Assembly: GCA_964016885.1 (NCBI GenBank)
Contig: OZ024741.1
Coordinates: forward strand, 255,440,001-255,504,000
Reading direction: 5' to 3'
DNA from: Eledone cirrhosa
Taxonomy: Eukaryota
Length of the DNA: 64,000 nucleotides
Made by a program: the position numbers and the translations under genes. The notes beneath the pieces were generated by a model that worked only from the letters and a program-made list of their open reading frames with translations, ran no database searches and had not been told where the DNA came from. This document shows, one piece after another, positions 1-12,720 of the stretch (the first letter of the stretch is position 1; every line of letters begins with the position of its first letter).

Positions 1-1096
1 ACTAATGTTTTTACTTACGAGTGTTTCGGCGTACGAGTGTTTCGACTTCCGAGTGTTTCGACTTACGGGTGTTTTGACTGACGGGTGTATCGGCTTACGA
101 GTGTTTTGACTTACGAGTGTTTTGACTTAAGGGTGTTTCGACTTACGAGTATTTTTGGCTTACGAGTGTTTCGACTTACGAGTGTTTTGACTTACGAGTG
201 TTCTGATTTACGGATGTTTCGACATACGAGTGTTTCGACTTACGAGTGTTTCGACTTATGAGTGTTTCGACTTACGAGTGTTTCGACTTACGAGTGTTTC
301 GGCTTGTGATTGTTTCGACTTACGAGTGTTTTGACTTACGGTGTTTCAGCTTACGAGTGTTTCGACTTACGAGTGTTTTGACTTACGGGTGTTTTGACAT
401 ACGAGTGTTTCGATACGAGTGTTCTGACTTACGAGTGTTCTGACTTACGAGTGTTTTGACTTACGAGTGTTCTGACTTACGAGTGTTCCGACTTACGAGT
501 GTTCCGACTTACGAGTGTTTCGGCTTACGAGTGTTTTGACTTAAGGGTGTTTCGACTTACGAGTGTTTCGATACGAGTGTTTCGACTTACGAGTGTTTCG
601 GCTTACGAGTGTTTCGACTTACGAGTGTTTCGACTTACGAGTGTTCCGACTTACGGGTGTTTCGACTTACGAGTGTTTTGGCTTACGGTGTTTCGACTTA
701 CGAGTGTTTCGAGTTAAGAGTGTTTTGACTTACGAGTGTTCTGATTTACGAGTGTTCTGACTTACGAGTGTTCTGACTTACGAGTGTTCTGACTTACGAG
801 TCTTCTGACTTACGAGTGTTCCGACTTTACGAGTGTTTCGGCTCACGAATGTTTCGGCTTACGAGTGTTTCGACTTACGAAAATAACAAATAGACGCGGT
901 TTCAAATCTCTATGCTTTTCAAATTCATTACATTAATCTTTATTTATACGTTTCGCTTTACGAGTGTTTCGACTTACGAGTGTTTCGACATACGAGTGTT
1001 TCGACTTACGAATGTTTTTGCTTACGGGTGTTTCGACTTACGAATGTTTTTGCTTACGAGTGTTTCGGTTTACGAGTGTTCCGACTTACGAGTGTT
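1..1096 (+). repeat. Block repeated at +5283 (5284-6379)
   Basis: ORFs 246/5529, 499/5782, 912/6195. Rare variants gacttccgag, gactgacgggtgtatcgg, gtgattg and gagtcttctg are shared. Confidence 0.9.
881..957. repeat. 77-bp AT-rich non-satellite cassette, copy 1 of 23
   Basis: aaataacaaatagacgcggtttcaaatctctatgcttttcaaattcattacattaatctttatttatacgtttcgct, between TTACGA (875-880) and TTACGA (958-963). Confidence 0.95.
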
Positions 1097-4000
1097 TCGA
1101 CTTATGAGTGTTTCGACTTACGAGTGTTCTGACTTACGAGTGTTCTGACTTACGAGTGTTCCGACTTACGAGTGTTTCGGTTTACGAGTGTTTCGACATA
1201 CGAGTGTTTTGACTTACGGGTGTTTCGACTTACGGGTGTTTCGACTTACGAGTGTTTTGGCTTACGAGTGTTTCGACTTACTAATGTTTTTACTTACGAG
1301 TGTTTCGGTGTACGAATGTTTTGACTTAAGGATGTTTCGACTTACGAGTGTTTCGACTTACGAGTGTTTCGGCTTACGTGAGTTTCGACTTAAGATTGTT
1401 CTGATTTACGAGTGTTCTGACTTACGAGTGTTTCGGCTTATGAGTGTTTCGACTTACGAGTGTTTCGGCTTACGAGTGTTTCGACTTATGGGTGTTTCGA
1501 CTTACGAGTGTTTTTACTTACGGTGTTTCGGCTTACGAGTGTTTCGACATACGAGTGTTTTGACTTACGGGTGTTTCGGCTTACGAGTGTTTCGACTTAC
1601 GAGTGTTTTGACTTACGGGTGTTTCGACTTACGGTGTTTCGGCTTACGAGTGTTTCGACTAACGAGTGTTTTGACTTACGGGTGTTTTGACATACGAGTG
1701 TTTCGATACGAGTGTTCTGACTTACGAGTGTTCTGACTTACGAGTGTTTTGACTTACGAGTGTTCTGACTTACGAGTGTTCCGACTTACGAGTGTTCCGA
1801 CTTACGAGTGTTTCGGCTTACGAGTGTTTACGGCTTACGAGTGTTTCGACTTCCGAGTGTTTTGACTTACGGTGTTTCGGCTTACGAGTGATTCGACTTA
1901 CGAAGGTTTTGACTTACGGGTGATTTGACTTACGGGTGTTGTGAATTACGAGTGTTGCGATTTACTAGTGTTTTGACTTACGGTGTTTCGGCTTACGAGT
2001 GATTCGACTTACGAATGTTTTGACTTACGGCTGTTTCGGCTTGCGAGTGTTTCGACTTACGAGTGTTTCGGCTTATGGGTGTTTCGACTTACTAATGTTT
2101 TTACTTACGAGTGTTTCGGCGTACGAGTGTTTTGACTTACGAGTGTTTCGACTTACGAGTGTTTCGACTTACGAGTGTTTCGGCTTACGTGAGTTTCGAC
2201 TTAAGAGTGTTCTGATTTACGAGTGTTCTGACTTGCGGGTGTTCTGATTTACGAGTGTTCCGACGTACGAGTGTTTCGGCTTATTAGTGTTTCGACTTAC
2301 GAGTGTTTCGGCTTACGAGTGTTTCGACTTATGGGTGTTTCGACTTACGAGTGTTTTTACTTACGGTGTTTCGGCTTACGAGTGTTTCGACATACGAGTG
2401 TTTTGACTTACGGGTGTTTCGACTTACGAGTGTTTTGACTTACGAATGTTTTGACTTACGGGTGTTTCGGCTTACGAGTGTTTCGACTTACGAGTGTTTC
2501 GGCTTACGAGTGTTTCGACTTACTAATGTTCTTACTTACGAATGTTTCGGCGTACGAGAGTTTTGACTTACGAGTGTTTCGACTTACGAGTGTTTCGACT
2601 TACGAGTGTTTTAACTTACGAATGTTTTGACTTACGGGTGTTTCGGCTTACGAGTGTTTCGACTTACGAGTCTTTCGGCTTACGAGTGTTTCGACTTACT
2701 AATGTTTTTACTTACGAGTGTTTCGGCGTAGTGTTTCGACTTACGAGTGTTTCGACTTACGGGTGTTTTGACTTACGGGTGTTTCGGCTTACGAGTGTTT
2801 TGACTTACGAGTGTTTTGACTTAAGGGTGTTTCGACTTACGAGTATTTTTGGCTTACGAGTGTTTCGACTTACGAGTGTTTTGACTTACGAGTGTTCTGA
2901 TTTACGGATGTTTCGACATACGAGTGTTTCGACTTACGAGTGTTTCGACTTATGACTGTTTCGACTTACGAGTGTTTCGGCTTATGAGTGTTTCGACTTA
3001 CGAGTGCTTCGGCTTACGAGTGTTTCGACTTACGAGTATTTCGGCTTTCGAGTGTTTCGACGTAAGAATGTTTTGGCTTACGAGTGTTTCGGCTTATGAG
3101 TGTTTCGGCTTACGAGTGTTTCGACTTACGAGTGTTTCGGCTTACGAGTGTTTCAGTGTTTCGGCTTACGTGTGTTTCGACTTACGAGTGTTTCGACTTA
3201 CGACTGTTTCGGCTTACGAGTGTTTCGGCTTACGAGTGTTTCGACTTACGAGTGTTTTGACTTACGAATGTTTTGACTTACGGGTGTTTCGGCTTACGAG
3301 TGTTTCGACTTACGAGTCTTTCGGCTTACGAGTGTTTCGACTTACTAATGTTTTTACTTACGAGTGTTTCGGCGTACGAGTGTTTCGACTTACGAGTGTT
3401 TCGACTTACGGGTGTTTTGACTTACGGGTGTTTCGGCTTACGAGTGTTTTGACTTACGAGTGTTTTGACTTAAGGGTGTTTCGACTTACGAGTATTTTTG
3501 GCTTACGAGTGTTTCGACTTACGAGTGTTTTGACTTACGAGTGTTCTGATTTACGGATGTTTCGACATACGAGTGTTTCGACTTACGAGTGTTTCGACTT
3601 ACTAATGTTCTTACTTACGAGTGTTTCGGCGTACGAGAGTTTTGACTTACGAGTGTTTCGACTTACGAGTGTTTCGACTTACGAGTGTTTTGACTTACGA
3701 ATGTTTTGACTTACGGGTGTTTCGGCTAACGAGTGTTTCGACTTACGAGTCTTTCGGCTTACGAGTGTTTCGACTTACTAATGTTTTTACTTACGAGTGT
3801 TTCGGCGTACGAGTGTTTCGACTTACGAGTGTTTCGACTTACGGGTGTTTAGACTTACGGGTGTTTCGGCTTACGAGTGTTTTGACTTACGAGTGTTTTG
3901 ACTTAAGGTTGTTTCGACTGACGAGTATTTTTGGCTTACGAGTGTTTCGACTTACGAGTGTTTTGACTTACGAGTGTTCTGATTTACGGATGTTTCGACA

Positions 4001-6163
4001 TACGAGTGTTTCGACTTACGAGTGTTTCGACTTATGAGTGTTTCGACTTACGAGTGTTTCGGCTTATGAGTGTTTCGACTTACGAGTGCTTCGGCTTACG
4101 AGTGTTTCGACTTACGAGTATTTCGGCTTACGAGTGTTTCGACGTACGAATGTTTTGGCTTACGAGTGTTTCGGCTTATGAGTGTTTCGGCTTACGAGTG
4201 TTTCGACTTACGAGTGTTTCGGCTTACGAGTGTTTCAGTGTTTCGGCTTACGTGTGTTTCGACTTACGATTGTTTCGACTTACGACTGTTTCGGCTTACG
4301 AGTGTTTCGGCTTGCGAGTGTTTCGGCTTACGAGTGTTTTGACTTACGAGTGTTTTGACTTACGATTGTTTGGCTTACGAGTGTTCTGACTTACGGGTGT
4401 TCTGACTTTCGAATGTTCCGACTTACGAGTGTTTCGGCTTATGAGGGTTTCGACTTACGAGTGCTTCGGCTTACGAGTGTTTCGACTTACGAGTGTTTCG
4501 GCTTACGAGTGTTTCGACTTACGAGTGTTTCGACTTACGAGTGTTTTGACTTACGGTGTTTCGGCTTACGAGTGTTTCGACATACGAGTGTTTTGACGTA
4601 CGGGTGTTTCGACTTACGGGTCTTTCGACTTAAGAGTGTTTCGACTTACGAGCGCTTCGACTTACGAGTGTTTCGACTTACGAGTGTTTCGGCGTATGAG
4701 TGTTTTGACTTACGAGTGTTTCGACTTACGAGTGTTTCGAATTACGAGTGTTTCGACTTACGAGTGTTTTGACTTACGAGTGTTTTGACTTCGGTGTTTC
4801 TGCTTACGAGTGTTTCGACTTACGAGTGTTATGACTTACGGGTGTTTTCACATACGAGTGTTTCGACTTACGAGTGTTTTGACTTACGGGTGTTTTGACA
4901 TACTAGTGTTTCGATACGAGTGTTCTGACTTACGAGTGTTCTGACTTACGAGTGTTCTGACTTACGAGTGTTTCGACATACGAGTGTTTTGACTTACGGG
5001 TGTTTCGACTTACGAGTGTTTTCACTTACGAATGTTTTGACTTACGGGTGTTTCGGCTTACGAGTGTTTCGACTTACGAGTGTTTCGGCTTACGAGTGTT
5101 TCGACTTACTAATATTTTTACTTACGAGTGTTTCGGCGTACGAGAGTTTTGACTTACGCGTGTTTCGACTTGCGAGTGTTTCGACTTACGAGTATTTTGA
5201 CTTACGAATGTTTTGACTTACGGGTGTTTCGGCTTACGAGTGTTTCGACTTACGAGTCTTTCGGCTTACGAGTGTTTCGACTTACTAATGTTTTTACTTA
5301 CGAGTGTTTCGGCGTACGAGTGTTTCGACTTCCGAGTGTTTCGACTTACGGGTGTTTTGACTGACGGGTGTATCGGCTTACGAGTGTTTTGACTTACGAG
5401 TGTTTTGACTTAAGGGTGTTTCGACTTACGAGTATTTTTGGCTTACGAGTGTTTCGACTTACGAGTGTTTTGACTTACGAGTGTTCTGATTTACGGATGT
5501 TTCGACATACGAGTGTTTCGACTTACGAGTGTTTCGACTTATGAGTGTTTCGACTTACGAGTGTTTCGACTTACGAGTGTTTCGGCTTGTGATTGTTTCG
5601 ACTTACGAGTGTTTTGACTTACGGTGTTTCAGCTTACGAGTGTTTCGACTTACGAGTGTTTTGACTTACGGGTGTTTTGACATACGAGTGTTTCGATACG
5701 AGTGTTCTGACTTACGAGTGTTCTGACTTACGAGTGTTTTGACTTACGAGTGTTCTGACTTACGAGTGTTCCGACTTACGAGTGTTCCGACTTACGAGTG
5801 TTTCGGCTTACGAGTGTTTTGACTTAAGGGTGTTTCGACTTACGAGTGTTTCGATACGAGTGTTTCGACTTACGAGTGTTTCGGCTTACGAGTGTTTCGA
5901 CTTACGAGTGTTTCGACTTACGAGTGTTCCGACTTACGGGTGTTTCGACTTACGAGTGTTTTGGCTTACGGTGTTTCGACTTACGAGTGTTTCGAGTTAA
6001 GAGTGTTTTGACTTACGAGTGTTCTGATTTACGAGTGTTCTGACTTACGAGTGTTCTGAGTTACGAGTGTTCTGACTTACGAGTCTTCTGACTTACGAGT
6101 GTTCCGACTTTACGAGTGTTTCGGCTCACGAATGTTTCGGCTTACGAGTGTTTCGACTTACGA

Positions 6164-6240
6164 AAATAACAAATAGACGCGGTTTCAAATCTCTATGCTT
6201 TTCAAATTCATTACATTAATCTTTATTTATACGTTTCGCT
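6164..6240. repeat. 77-bp cassette, copy 2
   Basis: Same sequence as 881-957. Confidence 0.95.
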
Positions 6241-6599
6241 TTACGAGTGTTTCGACTTACGAGTGTTTCGACATACGAGTGTTTCGACTTACGAATGTTT
6301 TTGCTTACGGGTGTTTCGACTTACGAATGTTTTTGCTTACGAGTGTTTCGGTTTACGAGTGTTCCGACTTACGAGTGTTCCGACTTACGAGTGTTTCGGC
6401 TTACGAGTGTTTCCGGCTTACGAGTGTTTCAACTTACGAGTGTTCTGACTTACGAGTGTTCTGACTTACGGATGTTTCGACACACGAGTGTTTCGAATTA
6501 CGAGTGTTTCGACTTACGAGTGTTTTGACTTACGGGTGTTTTGACATACGAGTGTTTCGATACGAGTGTTTCGACTTACGAGTGTTCTGACTTACGAGT

Positions 6600-7470
6600 G
6601 TTCTGATTTACGGATGTTTCGACATACGAGTGTTTCGACTTACGAGTGTTTCGACTTATGAGTGTTTCGACTTACGAGTGTTTCGGCTTACGAGTGTTTC
6701 GACTTACGAGTGTTTTGACTTACGGTGTTTCGGCTTACGAGTGTTTCGACTTACGAGTGTTTTGACTTACGGGTGTTTTGACATACGAGTGTTTCGATAC
6801 GAGTGTTCTGACTTACGAGTGTTCTGACTTACGAGTGTTCTGACTTACGAGTGTTCTGACTTACGAGTGTTCTGATTTACGGATGTTTCGACATACGAGT
6901 GTTTCGACTTACGAGTGTTTCGACTTATGAGTGTTTCGACTTACGAGTGTTTCGGCTTACGAGTGTTTCGACTTACGAGTGTTTTGACTTACGGTGTTTC
7001 GGCTTACGAGTGTTTCGACTTACGAGTGTTTTGACTTACGGGTGTTTTGACATACGAGTGTTTCGATACGAGTGTTCTGACTTACGAGTGTTCTGACTTA
7101 CGAGTGTTTTGACTTACGAGTGTTCTGACTTACGGGTGTTTCGACTTACGAGTATTTTTGGCTTACGAGTGTTTCGACTTACGAGTGTTTTGACTTACGA
7201 GTGTTCTGATTTACGGATGTTTCGACATACGAGTGTTTCGACTTACGAATGTTTCGACTTATGAGTGTTTCGACTTACGAGTGTTTCGGCTTACGAGTGT
7301 TTCGACTTACGAGTGTTTTGACTTACGGTGTTTCGGCTTACGAGTGTTTCGACTTACGAGTGTTTTGACTTACGGGTGTTTTGACATACGAGTGTTTCGA
7401 TACGAGTGTTCTGACTTACGAGTGTTCTGACTTACGAGTGTTTTGACTTACGAGTGTTCTGACTTACGAG
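6600..7470 (+). repeat. Three local copies of a 17-monomer unit (spacing 269 and 334 bp); recurs near 9.0, 22.9, 25.3, 51.8 and 58.2 kb
   Basis: Near-identical 65-aa ORFs at 6630, 6899 and 7233. 269 = 17x16-3 (one 15-bp and one 14-bp monomer). 334 = 269+65. Confidence 0.85.
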
Positions 7471-8537
7471 TGTTCCGACTTACGAGTGTTCCGACTTACG
7501 AGTGTTTCGGCTTACGAGTGTTTCCGGCTTACGAGTGTTTCGACTTCCGAGTGTTTTGACTTACGGTGTTTCGGCTTACGAGTGATTCGACTTACGAGTG
7601 TTTTGACTTACGGGTGATTTGACTTACGGGTGTTGTGAATTTCGAGTGTTCCGATTTACGAGTGTTTTGACTTACGGTGTTTCGGCTTACGAGTGATTCG
7701 ACTTACGAATGTTTTGACTTACGGGTGTTTCGGCTTGCGAGTGTTTCGACTTACGAGTGTTTCGGCTTATGGGTGTTTCGACTTACTAATGTTTTTACTT
7801 ACGAGTGTTTCGGCGTACGAGTGTTTTGACTTACGAGTGTTTCGACTTACGAGTGTTTCGACTTACGAGTGTTTCGACTTACGAGTGTTTCGGCTTACGT
7901 GAGTTTCGACTTAAGAGTGTTCTGATTTACGAGTGTTCTGACTTGCGGGTGTTCTGATTTACGAGTGTTCCGACTTACGAGTGTTTCGGCTTATTAGTGT
8001 TTCGACTTATGGGTGTTTCGACTTACGAGTGTTTTTACTTACGGTGTTTCGGCTTACGAGTGTTTCGACATACGAGTGTTTTGACTTACGGGTGTTCTGA
8101 CTTACGAGTGTTTTGACTTACGAGTGTTCTGACTTACGAGTGTTCCGACTTACGAGTGTTCCGACTTACGAGTGTTTCGGCTTACGAGTGTTTTGACTTA
8201 AGGGTGTTTCGACTTACGAGTGTTTCGATACGAGTGTTTCGACTTACGAGTGTTTCGGCTTACGAGTGTTTCGACTTACGAGTGTTTCGACTTACGAGTG
8301 TTCCGACTTACGGGTGTTTCGACTTACGAGTGTTTTGGCTTACGGTGTTTCGACTTACGAGTGTTTCGAGTTAAGAGTGTTTTGACTTACGAGTGTTCTG
8401 ATTTACGAGTGTTCTGACTTACGAGTGTTCTGACTTACGAGTGTTCTGACTTACGAGTGTTCTGACTTACGAGTGTTCCGACTTTACGACTGTTTCGGCT
8501 CACGAATGTTTCGGCTTACGAGTGTTTCGACTTACGA

Positions 8538-8614
8538 AAATAACAAATAGACGCGGTTTCAAATCTCTATGCTTTTCAAATTCATTACATTAATCTTTAT
8601 TTATACGTTTCGCT
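8538..8614. repeat. 77-bp cassette, copy 3
   Basis: Same sequence as 881-957. Confidence 0.95.
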
Positions 8615-11600
8615 TTACGAGTGTTTCGACTTACGAGTGTTTCGACATACGAGTGTTTCGACTTACGAATGTTTTTGCTTACGGGTGTTTCGACTTACGA
8701 ATGTTTTTGCTTACGAGTGTTTCGGTTTACGAGTGTTCCGACTTACGAGTGTTCCGACTTACGAGTGTTTCGGCTTACGAGTGTTTCCGGCTTACGAGTG
8801 TTTCAACTTACGAGTGTTCTGACTTACGAGTGTTCTGACTTACGGATGTTTCGACACACGAGTGTTTCGAATTACGAGTGTTTCGACTTACGAGTGTTTT
8901 GACTTACGGGTGTTTTGACATACGAGTGTTTCGATACGAGTGTTTCGACTTACGAGTGTTCTGACTTACGAGTGTTCTGATTTACGGATGTTTCGACATA
9001 CGAGTGTTTCGACTTACGAGTGTTTCGACTTATGAGTGTTTCGACTTACGAGTGTTTCGGCTTACGAGTGTTTCGACTTACGAGTGTTTTGACTTACGGT
9101 GTTTCGGCTTACGAGTGTTTCGACTTACGACTGTTTTGACTTACGGGTGTTTTGACATACGAGTGTTTCGATACGAGTGTTCTGACTTACGAGTGTTCTG
9201 ACTTACGAGTGTTCTGACTTACGAGTGTTCTGACTTACGAGTGTTCTGATTTACGGATGTTTCGACATACGAGTGTTTCGACTTACGAGTGTTTCGACTT
9301 ATGAGTGTTTCGACTTACGAGTGTTTCGGCTTACGAGTGTTTCGACTTACGAGTGTTTTGACTTACGGTGTTTCGGCTTACGAGTGTTTCGACTTACGAG
9401 TGTTTTGACTTACGGGTGTTTTGACATACGAGTGTTTCGATACGAGTGTTCTGACTTACGAGTGTTCTGACTTACGAGTGTTTTGACTTACGAGTGTTCT
9501 GACTTACGGGTGTTTCGACTTACGAGTATTTTTGGCTTACGAGTGTTTCGACTTACGAGTGTTTTGACTTACGAGTGTTCTGATTTACGAATGTTTCGAC
9601 ATACGAGTGTTTCGACTTACGAATGTTTCGACTTATGAGTGTTTCGACTTACGAGTGTTTCGGCTTACGAGTGTTTCGACTTACGAGTGTTTTGACTTAC
9701 GGTGTTTCGGCTTACGAGTGTTTCGACTTACGAGTGTTTTGACTTACGGGTGTTTTGACATACGAGTGTTTCGATACGAGTGTTCTGACTTACGAGTGTT
9801 CTGACTTACGAGTGTTTTGACTTACGAGTGTTCTGACTTACGAGTGTTCCGACTTACGAGTGTTTTGACTTACGGTGTTTCGGCTTACGAGTGATTCGAC
9901 TTACGAGTGTTTTGACTTACGGGTGATTTGACTTACGGGTGTTGTGAATTTCGAGTGTTCCGATTTACGAGTGTTTTGACTTACGGTGTTTCGGCTTACG
10001 AGTGATTCGACTTACGAATGTTTTGACTTACGGGTGTTTCGGCTTGCGAGTGTTTCGACTTACGAGTGTTTCGGCTTATGGGTGTTTCGACTTACTAATG
10101 TTTTTACTTACGAGTGTTTCGGCGTACGAGTGTTTTGACTTACGAGTGTTTCGACTTACGAGTGTTTCGACTTACGAGTGTTTCGACTTACGAGTGTTTC
10201 GGCTTACGTGAGTTTCGACTTAAGAGTGTTCTGATTTACGAGTGTTCTGACTTGCGGGTGTTCTGATTTACGAGTGTTCCGACTTACGAGTGTTTCGGCT
10301 TATTAGTGTTTCGACTTATGGGTGTTTCGACTTACGAGTGTTTTTACTTACGGTGTTTCGGCTTACGAGTGTTTCGACATACGAGTGTTTTGACTTACGG
10401 GTGTTTCGACTTACGAGTGTTTTGACTTACGAATGTTTTGACTTACGGGTGTTTCGGCTTACGAGTGTTTCGACTTACGAGTGTTTAGGCTTACGAGTGT
10501 TTCGACTTACTAATGTTCTTACGAGTGTTTCGGCGTACGAGAGTTTTGACTTACGAGTGTTTCGACTGACGAGTGTTTCGACTTACGAGTGTTTTGACTT
10601 ACGAATGTTTTGACTTACGGGTGTTTCGGCTGACGATTGTTTCGACTTACGAGTCTTTCGGCTTACGAGTGTTTCGACTTACTAATGTTTTTACTTACGA
10701 GTGTTTCGGCGTACGAGTGTTTCGACTTACGAGTGTTTCGACTTACGGGTGTTTTGACTTACGGGTGTTTCGGCTTACGAGTGTTTTGACTTACGAGTGT
10801 TTTGACTTAAGGGTGTTTCGACTTACGAGTATTTTTGGCTTACGAGTGTTTCGACTTACGAGTGTTTTGACTTACGAGTGTTCTGATTTACGGATGTTTC
10901 GACATACGAGTGTTTCGACTTACGAGTGTTTCGACTTATGAGTGTTTCGACTTACGAGTGTTTCGGCTTATGAGTGTTTCGACTTACGAGTGCTTCGGCT
11001 TACGAGTGTTTCGACTTACGAGTATTTCGGCTTACGAGTGTTTCGACGTACGAATGTTTTGGCTTACGAGTGTTTCGGCTTATGAGTGTTTCGGCTTACG
11101 AGTGTTTCGGCTTACGAGTGTTTCGGCTTACGAGTGTTTCAGTGTTTCGGCTTACGTGTGTTTCGACTTACGAGTGTTTCGACTTACGAGTGTTTTGACT
11201 TACGAGTGTTCTGATTTACGGATGTTTCGACATACGAGTGTTTCGACTTACGAGTGTTTCGACTTATGAGTGTTTCGACTTACGAGTGTTTCGACTTACG
11301 AGTGTTTCGGCTTGTGATTGTTTCGACTTACGAGTGTTTTGACTTACGGTGTTTCAGCTGACGAGTGTTTCGACTTACGAGTGTTTTGACTTACGGGTGT
11401 TTTGACATACGAGTGTTTCGATACGAGTGTTCTGACTTACGAGTGTTCTGACTTACGAGTGTTTTGACTTACGAGTGTTCTGACTTACGAGTGTTCCGAC
11501 TTACGAGTGTTCCGACTTACGAGTGTTTCGGCTTACGAGTGTTTTGACTTAAGGGTGTTTCGACTTACGAGTGTTTCGATACGAGTGTTTCGACTTACGA

Positions 11601-11888
11601 GTGTTTCGGCTTACGAGTGTTTCGACTTACGAGTGTTTCGACTTACGAGTGTTCCGACTTACGGGTGTTTCGACTTACGAGTGTTTTGGCTTACGGTGTT
11701 TCGACTTACGAGTGTTTCGAGTTAAGAGTGTTTTGACTTACGAGTATTCTGATTTACGAGTGTTCTGACTTACGAGTGTTCTGACTTACGAGTGTTCTGA
11801 CTTACGAGTGTTCTGACTTACGAGTGTTCCGACTTTACGAGTGTTTCGGCTCACGAGTGTTTCGGCTTACGAGTGTTTCGACTTACGA

Positions 11889-11965
11889 AAATAACAAATA
11901 GACGCGGTTTCAAATCTCTATGCTTTTCAAATTCATTACATTAATCTTTATTTATACGTTTCGCT
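11889..11965. repeat. 77-bp cassette, copy 4
   Basis: Same sequence as 881-957. Confidence 0.95.
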
Positions 11966-12720
11966 TTACGAGTGTTTCGACTTACGAGTGTTTCGACATA
12001 CGAGTGTTTCGACTTACGAATGTTTTTGCTTACGGGTGTTTCGACTTACGAATGTTTTTGCTTACGAGTGTTTCGGTTTACGAGTGTTCCGACTTACGAG
12101 TGTTCCGACTTACGAGTGTTTCGGCTTACGAGTGTTTCCGGCTTACGAGTGTTTCAACTTACGAGTGTTCTGTCTTACGAGTGTTCTGATTTACGGATGT
12201 TTCGACACACGAGTGTTTCGAATTACGAGTGTTTCGACTTACGAGTGTTTTGACTTACGGGTGTTTTGACATACGAGTGTTTCGATACGAGTGTTTCGAC
12301 TTACGAGTGTTCTGACTTACGAGTGTTCTGTCTTACGAGTGTTCTGACTTACGAGTGTTCTTACTTACGAGTGTTCCGACTTACGAGTGTTCCGACTTAC
12401 GAGTGTTTCGGCTTACGAGTGTTTCGGCTTACGAGTGTTTCGACTTACGAATGTTTCGACTTACGAGTGTTCCGACTTACGGGTGTTTCGACTTACGAGT
12501 GTTTTGGCTTACGGTGTTTCGGCTTACGAGTGTTTCGAGTTACGAGTGTTTTGACTTACACGTGTTTTGACATACGAGTGTTTCGATACGAGTGTTCTGA
12601 CTTACGAGTGTTCTGACTTACGAGTGTTCTGACTTACGAGTGTTCTGACTTACGAGTGTTCCGACTTTACGAGTGTTTCGGCTCACGAGTGTTTCGGCTT
12701 ACGAGTGTTTCGACTTACGA

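Larger units (their letters stand above)
5716..10400 (+). repeat. About 2.37-kb tandem duplication nested in the 16.3-kb unit (offset 2374, then 2309 after a 65-bp deletion); boundaries approximate
   Basis: ORFs 5782/8156, 6195/8569 and 7233/9607 at +2374; 7693/10002 at +2309. Confidence 0.85.

Noticed and set aside
899-931. CRISPR-repeat-like look of gtttcaaatctctatgcttttcaaattcattac (GTTTCAA start, ...TTTGAAAC on the minus strand)
   Set aside because: Copies are 0.8-6.7 kb apart and separated by satellite rather than unique 25-45 bp spacers. No cas genes or leader are present.
881-957. Cassette as a tRNA, snRNA or spliced-leader RNA gene
   Set aside because: The length is tRNA-like, but I see no cloverleaf, no Pol III A/B boxes and no recognisable spliced-leader sequence on either strand. 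An Infernal/Rfam search would be the formal test.
912-1148. MLFKFITLIFIYTF... ORFs as secreted or membrane peptides
   Set aside because: The hydrophobic start follows from T-rich sequence. Length varies arbitrarily (73-99 aa, and below the track threshold at 47253 and 61981), and the remainder is satellite.
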